55,010 nucleotides of DNA from a bacterium. GTDB taxonomy: Bacteria > Cyanobacteriota > Vampirovibrionia > Gastranaerophilales > JBAXKC01. The translations under genes and the position numbers were made by a program. The notes under the pieces are model-generated. The model was given only the letters and a program-made list of their open reading frames with translations, was not told the origin of the DNA and searched no databases. Positions 19,898 to 29,385 of the stretch are shown piece by piece. The stretch lies in the NCBI GenBank assembly GCA_037137535.1, contig JBAXKC010000018.1, forward strand, positions 1-55,010, given 5' to 3'. Position 1 is the first letter of the stretch. Each line of letters starts with the position of its first letter.

Positions 19898-19940
19898 AAA
19901 AATAAAAATGAAGTCGATGGATTCAGACATCGACTTCATT
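19898..19940 (-). terminator. intrinsic terminator downstream of the MBL-fold hydrolase
   Basis: 13-bp stem AATGAAGTCGATG/CATCGACTTCATT (19907-19940) followed by a T-tract on the minus strand. Confidence 0.75.
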
Positions 19941-19991
19941 GAGTAATTAACTAATTTTAGTAGAGATATAAATTTTTATAACACTATATCT

Positions 19992-20675
19992 TTAAACCTC
20001 AAATATTTCATTTGATTTTAATATTATGCAATCAGCCATAGTTTCTATGGCGATTTGTGTTTTAAATTCTTCGGGATTAGCTTTAATTGGCGGGAACGTA
20101 TTGTAATGCATTGGAATTACTGTTTTACAGCCAAGCCATTTTGTCGCTTCGACTGCTTCTTCAATTCCCATTGTGAAAAATCCGCCTATTGGCAATAAGG
20201 CAATATCCGGTTTGTAAAATTCGCCAATCATTTTAAGGTCAGAGTGTAAGCCTGTATCGCCGGCATGAAATATTTTTATCCCGTCAATCGTTATTAAAAT
20301 ACTTGCAGGACAACCGCCATAGCTGCCATCGGGAAGTGAACTGCTATGAGCGGCGGTAAGCCAATTTGCAGTTCCCCATTCAAAGGGAACTTTCCCCCCA
20401 ATGTTTAATCCTTGAGCTTTAGCTCCTTTTCGTGTGCAATAGTTTGCCACTTCAAAAATAGCAGAAATCTGAGCGCCTGTTCTTTTTGAAAGATCAACAG
20501 CATCTCCAAGATGGTCGCCATGAGCATGGGTTATTAAAATATCGTTTACTTTTTCAACGCTTTTATCATTTACAAACATTTCATTGCCTGTTAAAAAAGG
20601 GTCAATAATTATAGAAAAATTTTTATTTTCAATTAAAAAAGCACTATGTCCTAAATATTTTATTTTTACACTCAT
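19992..20675 (-). CDS. UPF0173-type metallo-beta-lactamase-fold hydrolase
   Basis: YLGHSAF, IIDPF, THAHGDH, FHAGDTG, LLPIGG, IPMHYNTF; ATG 20675 after AGGAG. Confidence 0.9.
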   Translation of the reverse strand: MSVKIKYLGHSAFLIENKNFSIIIDPFLTGNEMFVNDKSVEKVNDILITHAHGDHLGDAVDLSKRTGAQISAIFEVANYCTRKGAKAQGLNIGGKVPFEWGTANWLTAAHSSSLPDGSYGGCPASILITIDGIKIFHAGDTGLHSDLKMIGEFYKPDIALLPIGGFFTMGIEEAVEATKWLGCKTVIPMHYNTFPPIKANPEEFKTQIAIETMADCIILKSNEIFEV

Positions 20676-20725
20676 TTTTATTCTCCTGAAAAATAAAAGA
20701 CTTGTTAAGTTAATCATTATATCTG

Positions 20726-20757
20726 CAAAATTTTACCCTCCGATAAGAGGGTAAAAT
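20726..20757 (-). terminator. hairpin directly after leuS
   Basis: ATTTTACCCTC/GAGGGTAAAAT inverted repeat with a short T run on the minus strand. Confidence 0.65.
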
Positions 20758-20761
20758 CAGG

Positions 20762-23248
20762 TTATTTAACTACTATGTTCAAAATTTTATTAGGAACATA
20801 AATTATTTTAGCTATTTGTTTTCCATCGGTATATTGAGTTACCTTTTCACTTTCAAATGCAAGTTTTTTAACGGTTTCTTCCTCGGAATTAACAGGAAGT
20901 ACAAGTTTTTCTCTAACTTTACCGTTAATTTGAACAACTATTGTTGCTTCATCAGAAACAGCAAGGCTTGCGTCATATTTTGGCCATTCTTCCAAGAAAA
21001 GCGAACTCTTACCGCCCAATGAGGACCATACTTCATCGCAAAGATGCGGAACAATCGGTGACATAAGTTTAATTAAAGTAATTATAGAATTGCTCAAAAC
21101 TTGCTTATCTTGCTCTGAATAATCTTTTTTATTATTAACATAGTCATAGATACTGTTTACAAACTCTCTGCATTTGCTTATAGCAGTATTAAACTGAAAT
21201 TCTTGAGTAATATCGTTTGAAATTTTATTTATAGCTCTATGTGTTTCTCTCAATAGGGCTTTATTTTCTGAGGAAAGTTCAGCAGCATTAATCTCAAATC
21301 CGAAAATAAGATTTTCTTCACAGCTTTTAATTAGTCGCCATACTCTGTTAAGGAATTTATAACAGCCTTCAACGCCTTCATCAGACCAATCAAGATCTCT
21401 TTGAGGCGGAGTATCGCTCAAAATGAATAATCTTGCTGTATCCGCTCCGTAATGCTTGAAGATTTCATCAGGATCAACTGTATTCCCTTTTGATTTACTC
21501 ATCTTAGCACCGTCTTTAAGCACCATTCCTTGAGTTAAAAGATTATCAAACGGCTCATCAAAGTTTAAAAGTCCTCTATCTCTTAAAACCTTTACAAAAA
21601 ATCTTGAATAAAGAAGGTGTAAAATTGCATGTTCAATTCCGCCAACGTACTGGTCAACTTTCATCCAATTATTGACCAAATCAAAATCAAACGGTTTCTC
21701 TGTATTTTTTGGATCGATATATCTTAGGAAATACCAGCTACTGCACATAAATGTGTCCATTGTATCGGTTTCACGGGTTGCAGCTCCGCCACAAGTAGGA
21801 CAGGTTGTATTTACGAAGGTTTCAGAAGTTGAAACAGGGGATTTTCCATGTACTTTAAAGTCAACATCTTCTGGTAATAATACAGGTAATTGATTTTCAG
21901 GAACTCCCACAACTCCGCATTTATCGCAATAAACAACAGGAATTGGAGTACCCCAGTATCTTTGTCTGCTTATCAACCAATCTCTAAGCCTATATTGAAC
22001 TTGAGCGTTTCCGCAGTTGCTTTTTTCTGCCCATTCTGTAATTTTAGCTTTACCTGTTATATTATCCAACCCGTCAAACTCGCCTGAGTTAAACATAATC
22101 CCCGACTCGGTATAAGCCTCTTCAAGTTCTTCATCTGAAGTGTTTTCAGCATTTTTAATAACTTCTTTAATTGGAAGTTCATATTTTTTAGCAAAAGCAA
22201 AATCTCTTGTGTCATGAGCAGGAACACCCATAACAGCACCTGTACCGTATTCGATAAGTGCATAATCAGCTGTCCAGAGCGGTATTCTTTGACCATTAAA
22301 AGGATTTATAACATAAGTTCCTAAAGGAACACCTGTTTTTTCTCTTTCAGTAGAGGTTCTTTCGATTTCGCTCGTTCTTTTTGCCGCTTCAACGTAGTTT
22401 TCTACGCTTTTTTTATTTTCAGCAGTTGTTAATTTATCAATGGTTGAGTATTCAGGAGCTACAACAAGATAAGAAACACCGAAAACGGTATCAGGTCTTG
22501 TTGTAAACACAGGAATTTCAATATTCTCTGCACCTTCAACTTTAAATTTTAAGATTGTTCCTGTTGATTTGCCAATCCAGTTTTTTTGCATAAGTTTTAC
22601 GCTGTCAGGCCAACCTTTTAACTTATCTAAATCGGTTAAAAGCTCTTCAGCATAATCTGTAATTTTTAAAAACCATTGAGAAAGATTTTTCTTTTCTACA
22701 ACAGTGCTACATCTCCAGCAAACACCGTCTTCTACCTGTTCATTAGCCAAAACGGTTGAACAGTCAGGACACCAGTTTACAGGAGCTGTTTTTTTATAAG
22801 CTATTCCTGCTTTATAAAACTCTAAGAATAACCATTGAGTCCATCTATAATAATCAGGCTTACATGTAGTTACTTCTCTATCCCAGTCATAACTTAATCC
22901 TAAGGTTTTAAGCTGTTCTCTCATATAGTCAATATTAGAAATAGTCCATTGTGCAGGATTTGCATTTGATTGAATCGCCGCATTTTCCGCAGGAAGTCCG
23001 AAACTGTCCCAGCCCATAGGATGTAGAACATTATATCCGTTCATTTTTTTGTATCTGGCAATAACATCGGTAATTGTATAATTTCTTACATGTCCCATAT
23101 GAAGTCTTCCTGACGGATATGGAAGCATAGAAAGAGCGTAATACTTAGGTTTGTCAAATTCATCCGATGTCTTATAGATTTTTTGCTCGTCCCAGACTTT
23201 TTGCCATTTTTTTTCTATTTCCTGAGGAGTATATTGTTCGTTTAACAT
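20762..23248 (-). CDS. leuS: leucine--tRNA ligase
   Basis: PYPSGRLHMGH (HIGH), GWDSFGLPAEN, FTTRPDT editing domain, DWLISRQRYWG, KMSKS; ATG 23248 after GAAGGA. Confidence 0.98.
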   Translation of the reverse strand: MLNEQYTPQEIEKKWQKVWDEQKIYKTSDEFDKPKYYALSMLPYPSGRLHMGHVRNYTITDVIARYKKMNGYNVLHPMGWDSFGLPAENAAIQSNANPAQWTISNIDYMREQLKTLGLSYDWDREVTTCKPDYYRWTQWLFLEFYKAGIAYKKTAPVNWCPDCSTVLANEQVEDGVCWRCSTVVEKKNLSQWFLKITDYAEELLTDLDKLKGWPDSVKLMQKNWIGKSTGTILKFKVEGAENIEIPVFTTRPDTVFGVSYLVVAPEYSTIDKLTTAENKKSVENYVEAAKRTSEIERTSTEREKTGVPLGTYVINPFNGQRIPLWTADYALIEYGTGAVMGVPAHDTRDFAFAKKYELPIKEVIKNAENTSDEELEEAYTESGIMFNSGEFDGLDNITGKAKITEWAEKSNCGNAQVQYRLRDWLISRQRYWGTPIPVVYCDKCGVVGVPENQLPVLLPEDVDFKVHGKSPVSTSETFVNTTCPTCGGAATRETDTMDTFMCSSWYFLRYIDPKNTEKPFDFDLVNNWMKVDQYVGGIEHAILHLLYSRFFVKVLRDRGLLNFDEPFDNLLTQGMVLKDGAKMSKSKGNTVDPDEIFKHYGADTARLFILSDTPPQRDLDWSDEGVEGCYKFLNRVWRLIKSCEENLIFGFEINAAELSSENKALLRETHRAINKISNDITQEFQFNTAISKCREFVNSIYDYVNNKKDYSEQDKQVLSNSIITLIKLMSPIVPHLCDEVWSSLGGKSSLFLEEWPKYDASLAVSDEATIVVQINGKVREKLVLPVNSEEETVKKLAFESEKVTQYTDGKQIAKIIYVPNKILNIVVK

Positions 23249-23396
23249 CTTCGTTCCTTCTAATTTGCCTATATTTTTAACCTTTAGAATATGAAAATTA
23301 TACCTAAAAAAAGATATCTTTGTAGTTATTAATTCTTCATTCCAGAGAAAAAGTAGCTGCATATATTAATATTGGTAACAAAATTATTAAATATAC

Positions 23397-23423
23397 TAAA
23401 GCTTAAACATATTATGCCGAATA
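23397..23423 (+). promoter_or_regulatory. putative sigma28 (FliA/SigD)-type promoter
   Basis: TAAAGCTT-N11-GCCGAATA versus consensus TAAAGTTT-N11-GCCGATAA, 37 nt upstream of ATG 23461. Confidence 0.55.
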
Positions 23424-23460
23424 TTAATATATGAGAGATACCGGATGTAAAGGGAAGTAA

Positions 23461-24357
23461 ATGACTACTATTGATGCTATTTTAGCAGTAACGCAAAATC
23501 CATATTTACTTGCGGTAAAGCGTAAAAATAAAAGCGCTTTTTACAGTATTGATAAAATGGCAGAAGCTCAAGCATCAGAATCTCCGCAAAAAATTAAACA
23601 AAGTGATAAATCACAAGATATTAATTTTCAGGAATTAATTAAAGAGTTAAAGTTATACATGCCTAATCAGAGACTTCGTATTCTCATGATGATGAAACCT
23701 GATCAAATTATTGAGCTTTTACAAACACTTAAACCCGATAAATTAGCTTTAGGCTTAAAGTTTTTTAACAAGAAAAAACTGCTTAGTTTTGTGCTAGCTT
23801 TGCCAAAAGAAGATTTAATGAAAATGTTACTTAAAATATTTTCAAAAGAAGAAGTTTTAGCGATGATGCCTGTTAAAGAATTCAAGAAATTTTTTGATAG
23901 TACAAAAATCAGTCAGGATATGTTTATTAAAGTTTTTAAAAACTTGCCTCCAAACCTTCTGGCTCAAATCCTTGAGGGCATTACCGGTGTTGCGGCAGGA
24001 AATAAATCTAAAGATGAGTTAATTCAACAATTAGGTAACTTTAATAAGGCATTACTTGTTGAAGGAATTATGGGATTAGGTAAAAAACAGATTATGGCCG
24101 TTGCAAGTGAATTTATAAAAATGGATGAAAGTTTATTTGGCGAATTCTCAAAAGGTGCATTCTTCAGACCTATTGCAATAATGCCAAAGAATGAAATTGC
24201 GGGAATAATGGACGTATTAAAGCCAGAACAGCTTATCGGCATGTTATCAGAGTTACCGCAAAATATGATGGCTCAACTAGCAACCCTTGCTGATCCTGCT
24301 GCATTAACAGAATCATTATTAAAAGATCCGAAACTTTTAGCATCATTAGCAGGATAA
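23461..24357 (+). CDS. hypothetical helical-repeat protein (MgtE-N/FliG-like repeats)
   Basis: recurring ~12-aa [LM]-x(0,1)-P-x-x-[LIM] helix starts (MKPDQI, LKPDKL, LPKEDL, MPVKEF, LPPNLL, MPKNEI, LKPEQL, LPQNMM); GGGAAG RBS. Confidence 0.7.
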   Translation: MTTIDAILAVTQNPYLLAVKRKNKSAFYSIDKMAEAQASESPQKIKQSDKSQDINFQELIKELKLYMPNQRLRILMMMKPDQIIELLQTLKPDKLALGLKFFNKKKLLSFVLALPKEDLMKMLLKIFSKEEVLAMMPVKEFKKFFDSTKISQDMFIKVFKNLPPNLLAQILEGITGVAAGNKSKDELIQQLGNFNKALLVEGIMGLGKKQIMAVASEFIKMDESLFGEFSKGAFFRPIAIMPKNEIAGIMDVLKPEQLIGMLSELPQNMMAQLATLADPAALTESLLKDPKLLASLAG

Positions 24358-24360
24358 ATC

Positions 24361-24394
24361 AAAGACCTCAGCTTTTTAACAAACTGAGGTCTTT
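24361..24394. terminator. bidirectional terminator between convergent genes
   Basis: AAAGACCTCAG/CTGAGGTCTTT 11-bp inverted repeat. Confidence 0.75.
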
Positions 24395-24412
24395 AGACTT
24401 TAATGAATTATA

Positions 24413-25045
24413 TTAATCAATAACTGTGTAGATTTCAGAAATATCTTTTTTCTTTCTTTGTTTTAATTTGGAAACAAGAGGTGTTCCCATACAAAGAATT
24501 GAAACTAATTGATATGGTTCTTTTACTCCGATGATTTGTTCAAGTTTATCAACAGCATATAAAGGTGCTGTCAACCAACATGTTCCATATCCCATTGCAT
24601 GAGCTGCAAGAGAAAGGTTTTCAACGGAAGCTCCAACGCTTAAAAGTTCAGGACTTGGACGTTTTCTGTTTATTTCTTCGTCAGTCAGTCCTCTTTTTTT
24701 AAGAATTTTTAATATTTCTGAACCTTCAGGCTCCATTAATACAGCTATATTAACAGGCGCTGATGTGAAAAATGAAGAATATTTTTTATAATGTTCAAGA
24801 GCTGCATATTTATCTTGAGCTTCTTCCCATGTTTGCATTTCTTCATATGTTTCTATAATTGCTTCTCTCATTTGTTCTTTTACTTCAGGGTTAGTTATAA
24901 CCACATAATGCCACATTTGAGAGTTTGTAGAACTTGGCGCACGTCTTGCTGCGTCTAATATTTTAAGGATATCCTCCATCGGGGGAATCTCATCTTTAAA
25001 TTTCCTAGCCGAATTACGTGTTTCTATTGCCTCAAAAAGATCCAT
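24413..25045 (-). CDS. nitroreductase family protein
   Basis: AIETRNSARKF, APSSTNSQMW, ENLSLAAHAMGYGTCW. Confidence 0.9.
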   Translation of the reverse strand: MDLFEAIETRNSARKFKDEIPPMEDILKILDAARRAPSSTNSQMWHYVVITNPEVKEQMREAIIETYEEMQTWEEAQDKYAALEHYKKYSSFFTSAPVNIAVLMEPEGSEILKILKKRGLTDEEINRKRPSPELLSVGASVENLSLAAHAMGYGTCWLTAPLYAVDKLEQIIGVKEPYQLVSILCMGTPLVSKLKQRKKKDISEIYTVID

Positions 25046-25143
25046 CTCAACCTCACTTTAATACTTAGAAAAAGTCGCTATAATATTATAGTATAAAATA
25101 AAACTATATTTTCATTTTGTTATTGAAAAAGGAATTTTACTTT

Positions 25144-25923
25144 ATGAAACTAAAATATATAGTAGTAGTTTGTATCGCATTTTTACTAAGTTTTGTTATA
25201 ACACAATCAAATGTTTTTTCGCAAATTAAGTTTAATAACAAAACGTATATAGCGGTACAAACTCCATCAACAGAGCAATACAGTCCAATTGGCGATAAAA
25301 ATCGTGAAAACATTCTCATTATACTTGATGCATCGGGAAGTATGAGTGAAAAAATCGGAAACAAAAGAAAAATTGATATAGCAAAAGATTCAATAATTAA
25401 CGTGCTTAATCAGGTTTCTGACAATGAAAAAATAGGATTAAGGGTTTACGGGCATGTAATGGATTTTTGGGGATTAAAAGCCTGTGAAGCCTCTGAACTG
25501 AAAGTCGCTATTTCAGAAGGTTCAAAAAATCTTATTAAAGAGGAACTGCTAAAAATAAAACCTACAGGTGCTACTCCAATCTCTTATTCTGTTGAGCAAG
25601 CTCTAAAATATGATTTTACAGGATTATCAGGCAAAAAAAGAATAATTCTTGTAACTGACGGAATGGAAACATGCGGGCAAAGCCCGTGTGATTTAGCTGT
25701 AAGCCTTATGAAAAAAGGAATTGATTTAAAAATAGATGTAATAGGCTTTGATATTCAGGATAAAAGTTCGTTGCCCCAGCTAAAATGTATATCTTTAGCT
25801 ACAAAGGGAAAGTTTTATACGGCTAATGACTCACAGGAGCTTGTAAATTCTCTTGAAAACACTTTAAATATAGAAACAAATGTTTCTGGAGAAATTGTAA
25901 AAGACATGCCTAATCAAAAATAA
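25144..25923 (+). CDS. exported von Willebrand factor A domain protein
   Basis: signal peptide; MIDAS ILDASGSM, GLRVYG, GATPI, LVTDGMETCG, DVIGF; ATG 25144 after AAAGGA. Confidence 0.88.
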   Translation: MKLKYIVVVCIAFLLSFVITQSNVFSQIKFNNKTYIAVQTPSTEQYSPIGDKNRENILIILDASGSMSEKIGNKRKIDIAKDSIINVLNQVSDNEKIGLRVYGHVMDFWGLKACEASELKVAISEGSKNLIKEELLKIKPTGATPISYSVEQALKYDFTGLSGKKRIILVTDGMETCGQSPCDLAVSLMKKGIDLKIDVIGFDIQDKSSLPQLKCISLATKGKFYTANDSQELVNSLENTLNIETNVSGEIVKDMPNQK

Positions 25924-26027
25924 TTATAGCTATTTAGAAAATTAATTTCACAATATAAAAAATTATAAATAAAGATAAGCTATAATATAAATTAAGTAAA
26001 ATTTAATTATGTTGAGGGTTCATAACT

Positions 26028-26492
26028 ATGTTAAAAAAATTGAATGTATTTGTTTTCACAGCTCTTCTGACAGCTAATATTTCTATGGTAAATGCAGCGG
26101 CTGTAGCTGAAAAAGCAGTGCCTGCATCAGCTTATAAAGAAGTTGCCCCGTTAGAGCTTGTCGCTAAGCCGGCAGATTATCTTAATAAGAAAATTAAAAT
26201 TAATGGGACTTTTGATAAATTTTCTACATTAGGTTTAGATTATAAACCTGCTTTCAGAGATTCTAAAAAATATATCAGTTTATTAATAAGAAGACCTGAT
26301 GTCTCAAATGTAATCCCTCTTTCAGAAATGAAAATAGTAATTCAAAGAGAAAAAGCAGAAAAACTTCTTGATCTTGAAAGTGGCGATAAAATTGAATTGA
26401 CAGGTTCAGTTTTTTCATCTGCACTAAATGACCCATGGGTTGAAGTAGATAGTGTTAAAATATTAAGTGTGAAGCAAAAGAAAACTAATTAA
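26028..26492 (+). CDS. exported hypothetical protein, probable OB-fold
   Basis: signal peptide; P.DYLNKKIKINGTF and LESGDKIELTGSV patterns. Confidence 0.65.
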   Translation: MLKKLNVFVFTALLTANISMVNAAAVAEKAVPASAYKEVAPLELVAKPADYLNKKIKINGTFDKFSTLGLDYKPAFRDSKKYISLLIRRPDVSNVIPLSEMKIVIQREKAEKLLDLESGDKIELTGSVFSSALNDPWVEVDSVKILSVKQKKTN

Positions 26493-26536
26493 TAGTTAAT
26501 TGTCTGGAGATTGAGATTTAGCCGGAGAAGGAATAA

Positions 26537-29068
26537 ATGCAACAGAAAGATTGTTACTTAACAGTACATGGTCACTTTTATCAGCCGCCAAGAGAAAATC
26601 CATGGCTTGAAACCATTGAATTACAAGACAGCGCACTTCCTTTCCATAACTGGAATGAAAGAATTGCACATGAATGTTATTCACCGAATGCAGTATCAAG
26701 AATTGTAGACGTTCATAACAGTATTCTTGATATTGTAAATAACTATGAACTTATAAGTTTTAACTTTGGCCCGACTTTATTGTCATGGCTTGAAGTTTAT
26801 GCACCGAGAACTTATGAACGCATTATAGAAGCGGACAGATTAAGTATGGAAGCTCATAATGGGCATGGTAACGCAATTGCACAGGTTTATAATCACATGA
26901 TTATGCCTCTTGCAAATAGCCATGATAAATACACTCAAACAATTTGGGGAATAAAAGATTTTCAATACAGATTTGGAAGACGTCCCGAAGGAATTTGGCT
27001 TGCTGAAACAGCTGTTGACGATGAAACTTTAAGAGTTTTAGTTGATTGTGGTATAAAATATACTATTCTATCTCCGTTTCAGGCATCAAAAGTAAAACCG
27101 CTTGAGAATGAACATTCTGAATGGCAAGATGTAAGCTGGGGAAATGTTGACCCTGGAAGAGCATATAGATATTTCTTGAAAGATGGTTCTGAAAGATTTA
27201 TAGATTTATTTTTCTATGACGGATCAATTTCTAAGTCTGTTGCTTTTGAAAACCTTCTTCAGAATGGCGATAAATTTATTTATAGAGTAAAAGACGGTAT
27301 TTCTGATATTAGAGATTATCCACAACTTATCAATATAGGAACTGATGGCGAATCTTACGGACATCATACCCGTTTTGGAGAAATGGCTCTGGCCTATGCT
27401 TTAAAAAGAAAAGCAAATGATTTTGGCTTTAAATTAAGCAATTATGCAGAATATCTTGAACTTCATCCTCCTGTTATGGAAATAGACATTAAAGATAAAT
27501 CTTCATGGAGTTGTTTCCATGGTGTCGGTCGTTGGAAAGAAGATTGCGGATGTTCTACAGGGGCAGGCGCAGGATGGAATCAACGATGGAGAAAACCATT
27601 AAGAGAAGCTCTTGATTGGCTTAGAGAACAACTTGATGAAATATTTGAAGCACATGCTAAGAAATATTTAAAAGATCCATGGAAATCAAGAAATAAATAT
27701 ATCGACATCATGTTGGATAGAAATATTCTTACCGTTGAAAATTTCTGTAGCCATGAAGCGTTTAAAAAACTGACTCACCATGAAATTGTTGAAGTTGTTA
27801 AACTTCTTGAAATGCAAAGACATGCAATGCTTATGTATACAAGTTGCGGATGGTTCTTTGCTGATATTTCAGGAATAGAAACAGTTCAAATACTTAAATA
27901 TGCTGCCCGTTCAATGCAAATAGCAGAAGAATTTGCAGAGGTTGATTTAGAGTCTACATTCCTTGAAAAGCTTGCTGACGCTCAAAGTAATTTAAAAGAT
28001 TTTGGAAGTGGAAAAGATATCTATATTAACCACGTCAAACCTTCTATCGTAAGTATCAAACAGGTAGTCAGCCATTGGTCAATAAGTTCGCTATTTGAAA
28101 ATTATGCGGAAAATACCAGCTTATATTGTTATGACATTAAAACAATGGATTACAAAAAAGCAAGAAAAGGCAATACAGCGATAGTTATAGGAAGAATAGA
28201 AATTACTTCCAAAATAACCTTTGAGCAACAAGATATGATTTTTGCAATGCTTCATTATGGCGGTGAAGATTTCCATTGCGTAATTCGTGGTTTTGCAGGT
28301 AATCTTGATTATTTGAAAATAAAAGAAGATCTTGTCAATAAGTTCTATTCCTTGCCGTTGACTGAAGTTATCAGAGCTTTAGACGAGCATTTCGGGCGTG
28401 AATATTTTACTCTTAAAGACCTATTTATCGAAGAGAGAAGAAAAATTATTAACATCCTTATTAAAGAACAGCTAGATAAGTTTACAAGTACATATAGAGA
28501 ACTTTACGAAGAAAGTAAAGGGCCTATGATGCAACTTTCTCAACTCGGGCTTAAAGTACCTTCAGAGTTTAAAATTGCAGCTGAATACACTTTAAGTAAG
28601 TCTTTTAATGAACTTATAAGCGAAGCTGAAGATTTAATAAATAATGATGTTATGCAAAAAGCTCTTGATATTGCGGAAGAAGCAAAAAATATAGGCATTG
28701 TGCTTGATACACAATCTTCAATTAAGCAATTTAATGAATATATTACTGACAGAGTAAAAGAACTTTCTTCAACAATGGAAGTTTACCAATGTGAAGAAAT
28801 AATCAAACTGGTTGCTACTGCTGAAAAATTATCGTTAAAATTATCATTGACAGAATCTCAAAATATTTACTTTAACTCTATTTTGAGTAAAATCCCCGGT
28901 CTGATTAAAGCAATGAGAAAATCGGGACATTTGCTTGATGATAAAAAGTCGATAGCAACGTTATTAAACCTTGGTGATAGATTGAAGTTTAATGTTGAAA
29001 AATATTATACCGAAATAAATAAGGTTATAACTCCTGAAGAGTTGCTTCAAGGACAAAATAAAAAATAG
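26537..29068 (+). CDS. glycoside hydrolase family 57 / DUF3536 protein
   Basis: HGHFYQPPRENPW, SFNFGPTL, GIWLAETA, TDGESYGHH, SSWSCFHGVGRW, MYTSCGWFF. Confidence 0.92.
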   Translation: MQQKDCYLTVHGHFYQPPRENPWLETIELQDSALPFHNWNERIAHECYSPNAVSRIVDVHNSILDIVNNYELISFNFGPTLLSWLEVYAPRTYERIIEADRLSMEAHNGHGNAIAQVYNHMIMPLANSHDKYTQTIWGIKDFQYRFGRRPEGIWLAETAVDDETLRVLVDCGIKYTILSPFQASKVKPLENEHSEWQDVSWGNVDPGRAYRYFLKDGSERFIDLFFYDGSISKSVAFENLLQNGDKFIYRVKDGISDIRDYPQLINIGTDGESYGHHTRFGEMALAYALKRKANDFGFKLSNYAEYLELHPPVMEIDIKDKSSWSCFHGVGRWKEDCGCSTGAGAGWNQRWRKPLREALDWLREQLDEIFEAHAKKYLKDPWKSRNKYIDIMLDRNILTVENFCSHEAFKKLTHHEIVEVVKLLEMQRHAMLMYTSCGWFFADISGIETVQILKYAARSMQIAEEFAEVDLESTFLEKLADAQSNLKDFGSGKDIYINHVKPSIVSIKQVVSHWSISSLFENYAENTSLYCYDIKTMDYKKARKGNTAIVIGRIEITSKITFEQQDMIFAMLHYGGEDFHCVIRGFAGNLDYLKIKEDLVNKFYSLPLTEVIRALDEHFGREYFTLKDLFIEERRKIINILIKEQLDKFTSTYRELYEESKGPMMQLSQLGLKVPSEFKIAAEYTLSKSFNELISEAEDLINNDVMQKALDIAEEAKNIGIVLDTQSSIKQFNEYITDRVKELSSTMEVYQCEEIIKLVATAEKLSLKLSLTESQNIYFNSILSKIPGLIKAMRKSGHLLDDKKSIATLLNLGDRLKFNVEKYYTEINKVITPEELLQGQNKK

Positions 29069-29071
29069 TCG

Positions 29072-29097
29072 AAAAGGTCGGTTAATCCGACCTTTTT
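29072..29097 (+). terminator. intrinsic terminator after GH57
   Basis: AAAAGGTCGG/CCGACCTTTT hairpin with T tail. Confidence 0.8.
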
Positions 29098-29126
29098 AAT
29101 TTAATAAAAAAAATATAAATAAGTAC

Positions 29127-29155
29127 TGGACTTAAAAAAACTTTTGATGTAATAT
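29127..29155 (+). promoter_or_regulatory. sigma70-type promoter of tRNA-Leu
   Basis: TGGACT-N17-TAATAT preceded by an A-rich UP-like tract, 23 nt before the tRNA. Confidence 0.6.
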
Positions 29156-29178
29156 CATATCAAGTTGAAAAACACTTT

Positions 29179-29267
29179 GCCCTGGTGGCGGAATCGGTAG
29201 ACGCGACGGACTTAAAATCCGTTTGGGTTCACCCCCAGTGCCAGTTCAAGTCTGGCTCAGGGCACCA
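29179..29267 (+). tRNA. trnL: tRNA-Leu(UAA), type II, encoded CCA, no intron
   Basis: acceptor GCCCTGG/TCAGGGC; D-loop GG; anticodon arm ACGGA-CTTAAAA-TCCGT; long variable arm; T arm GCCAG-TTCAAGT-CTGGC; 3' ACCA. Confidence 0.97.
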
Positions 29268-29268
29268 T

Positions 29269-29299
29269 AAAACCTCCATATTAATATGGAGGTTTTTTT
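29269..29299. terminator. terminator after tRNA (likely bidirectional)
   Basis: perfect 28-bp palindrome AAAACCTCCATATTAATATGGAGGTTTT plus T tail. Confidence 0.85.
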
Positions 29300-29385
29300 A
29301 TGTTCAAATAATATTTCATTGTTTAATGCCGAATTAAAAGCTGAATACAAAAGCAGATTGAACGTTAAAGTCTTTAACAGAGAGT

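Noticed and set aside
23249-23460. T-box leader upstream of leuS
   Set aside because: No T-box consensus or terminator/antiterminator visible; short AT-rich divergent promoter region.
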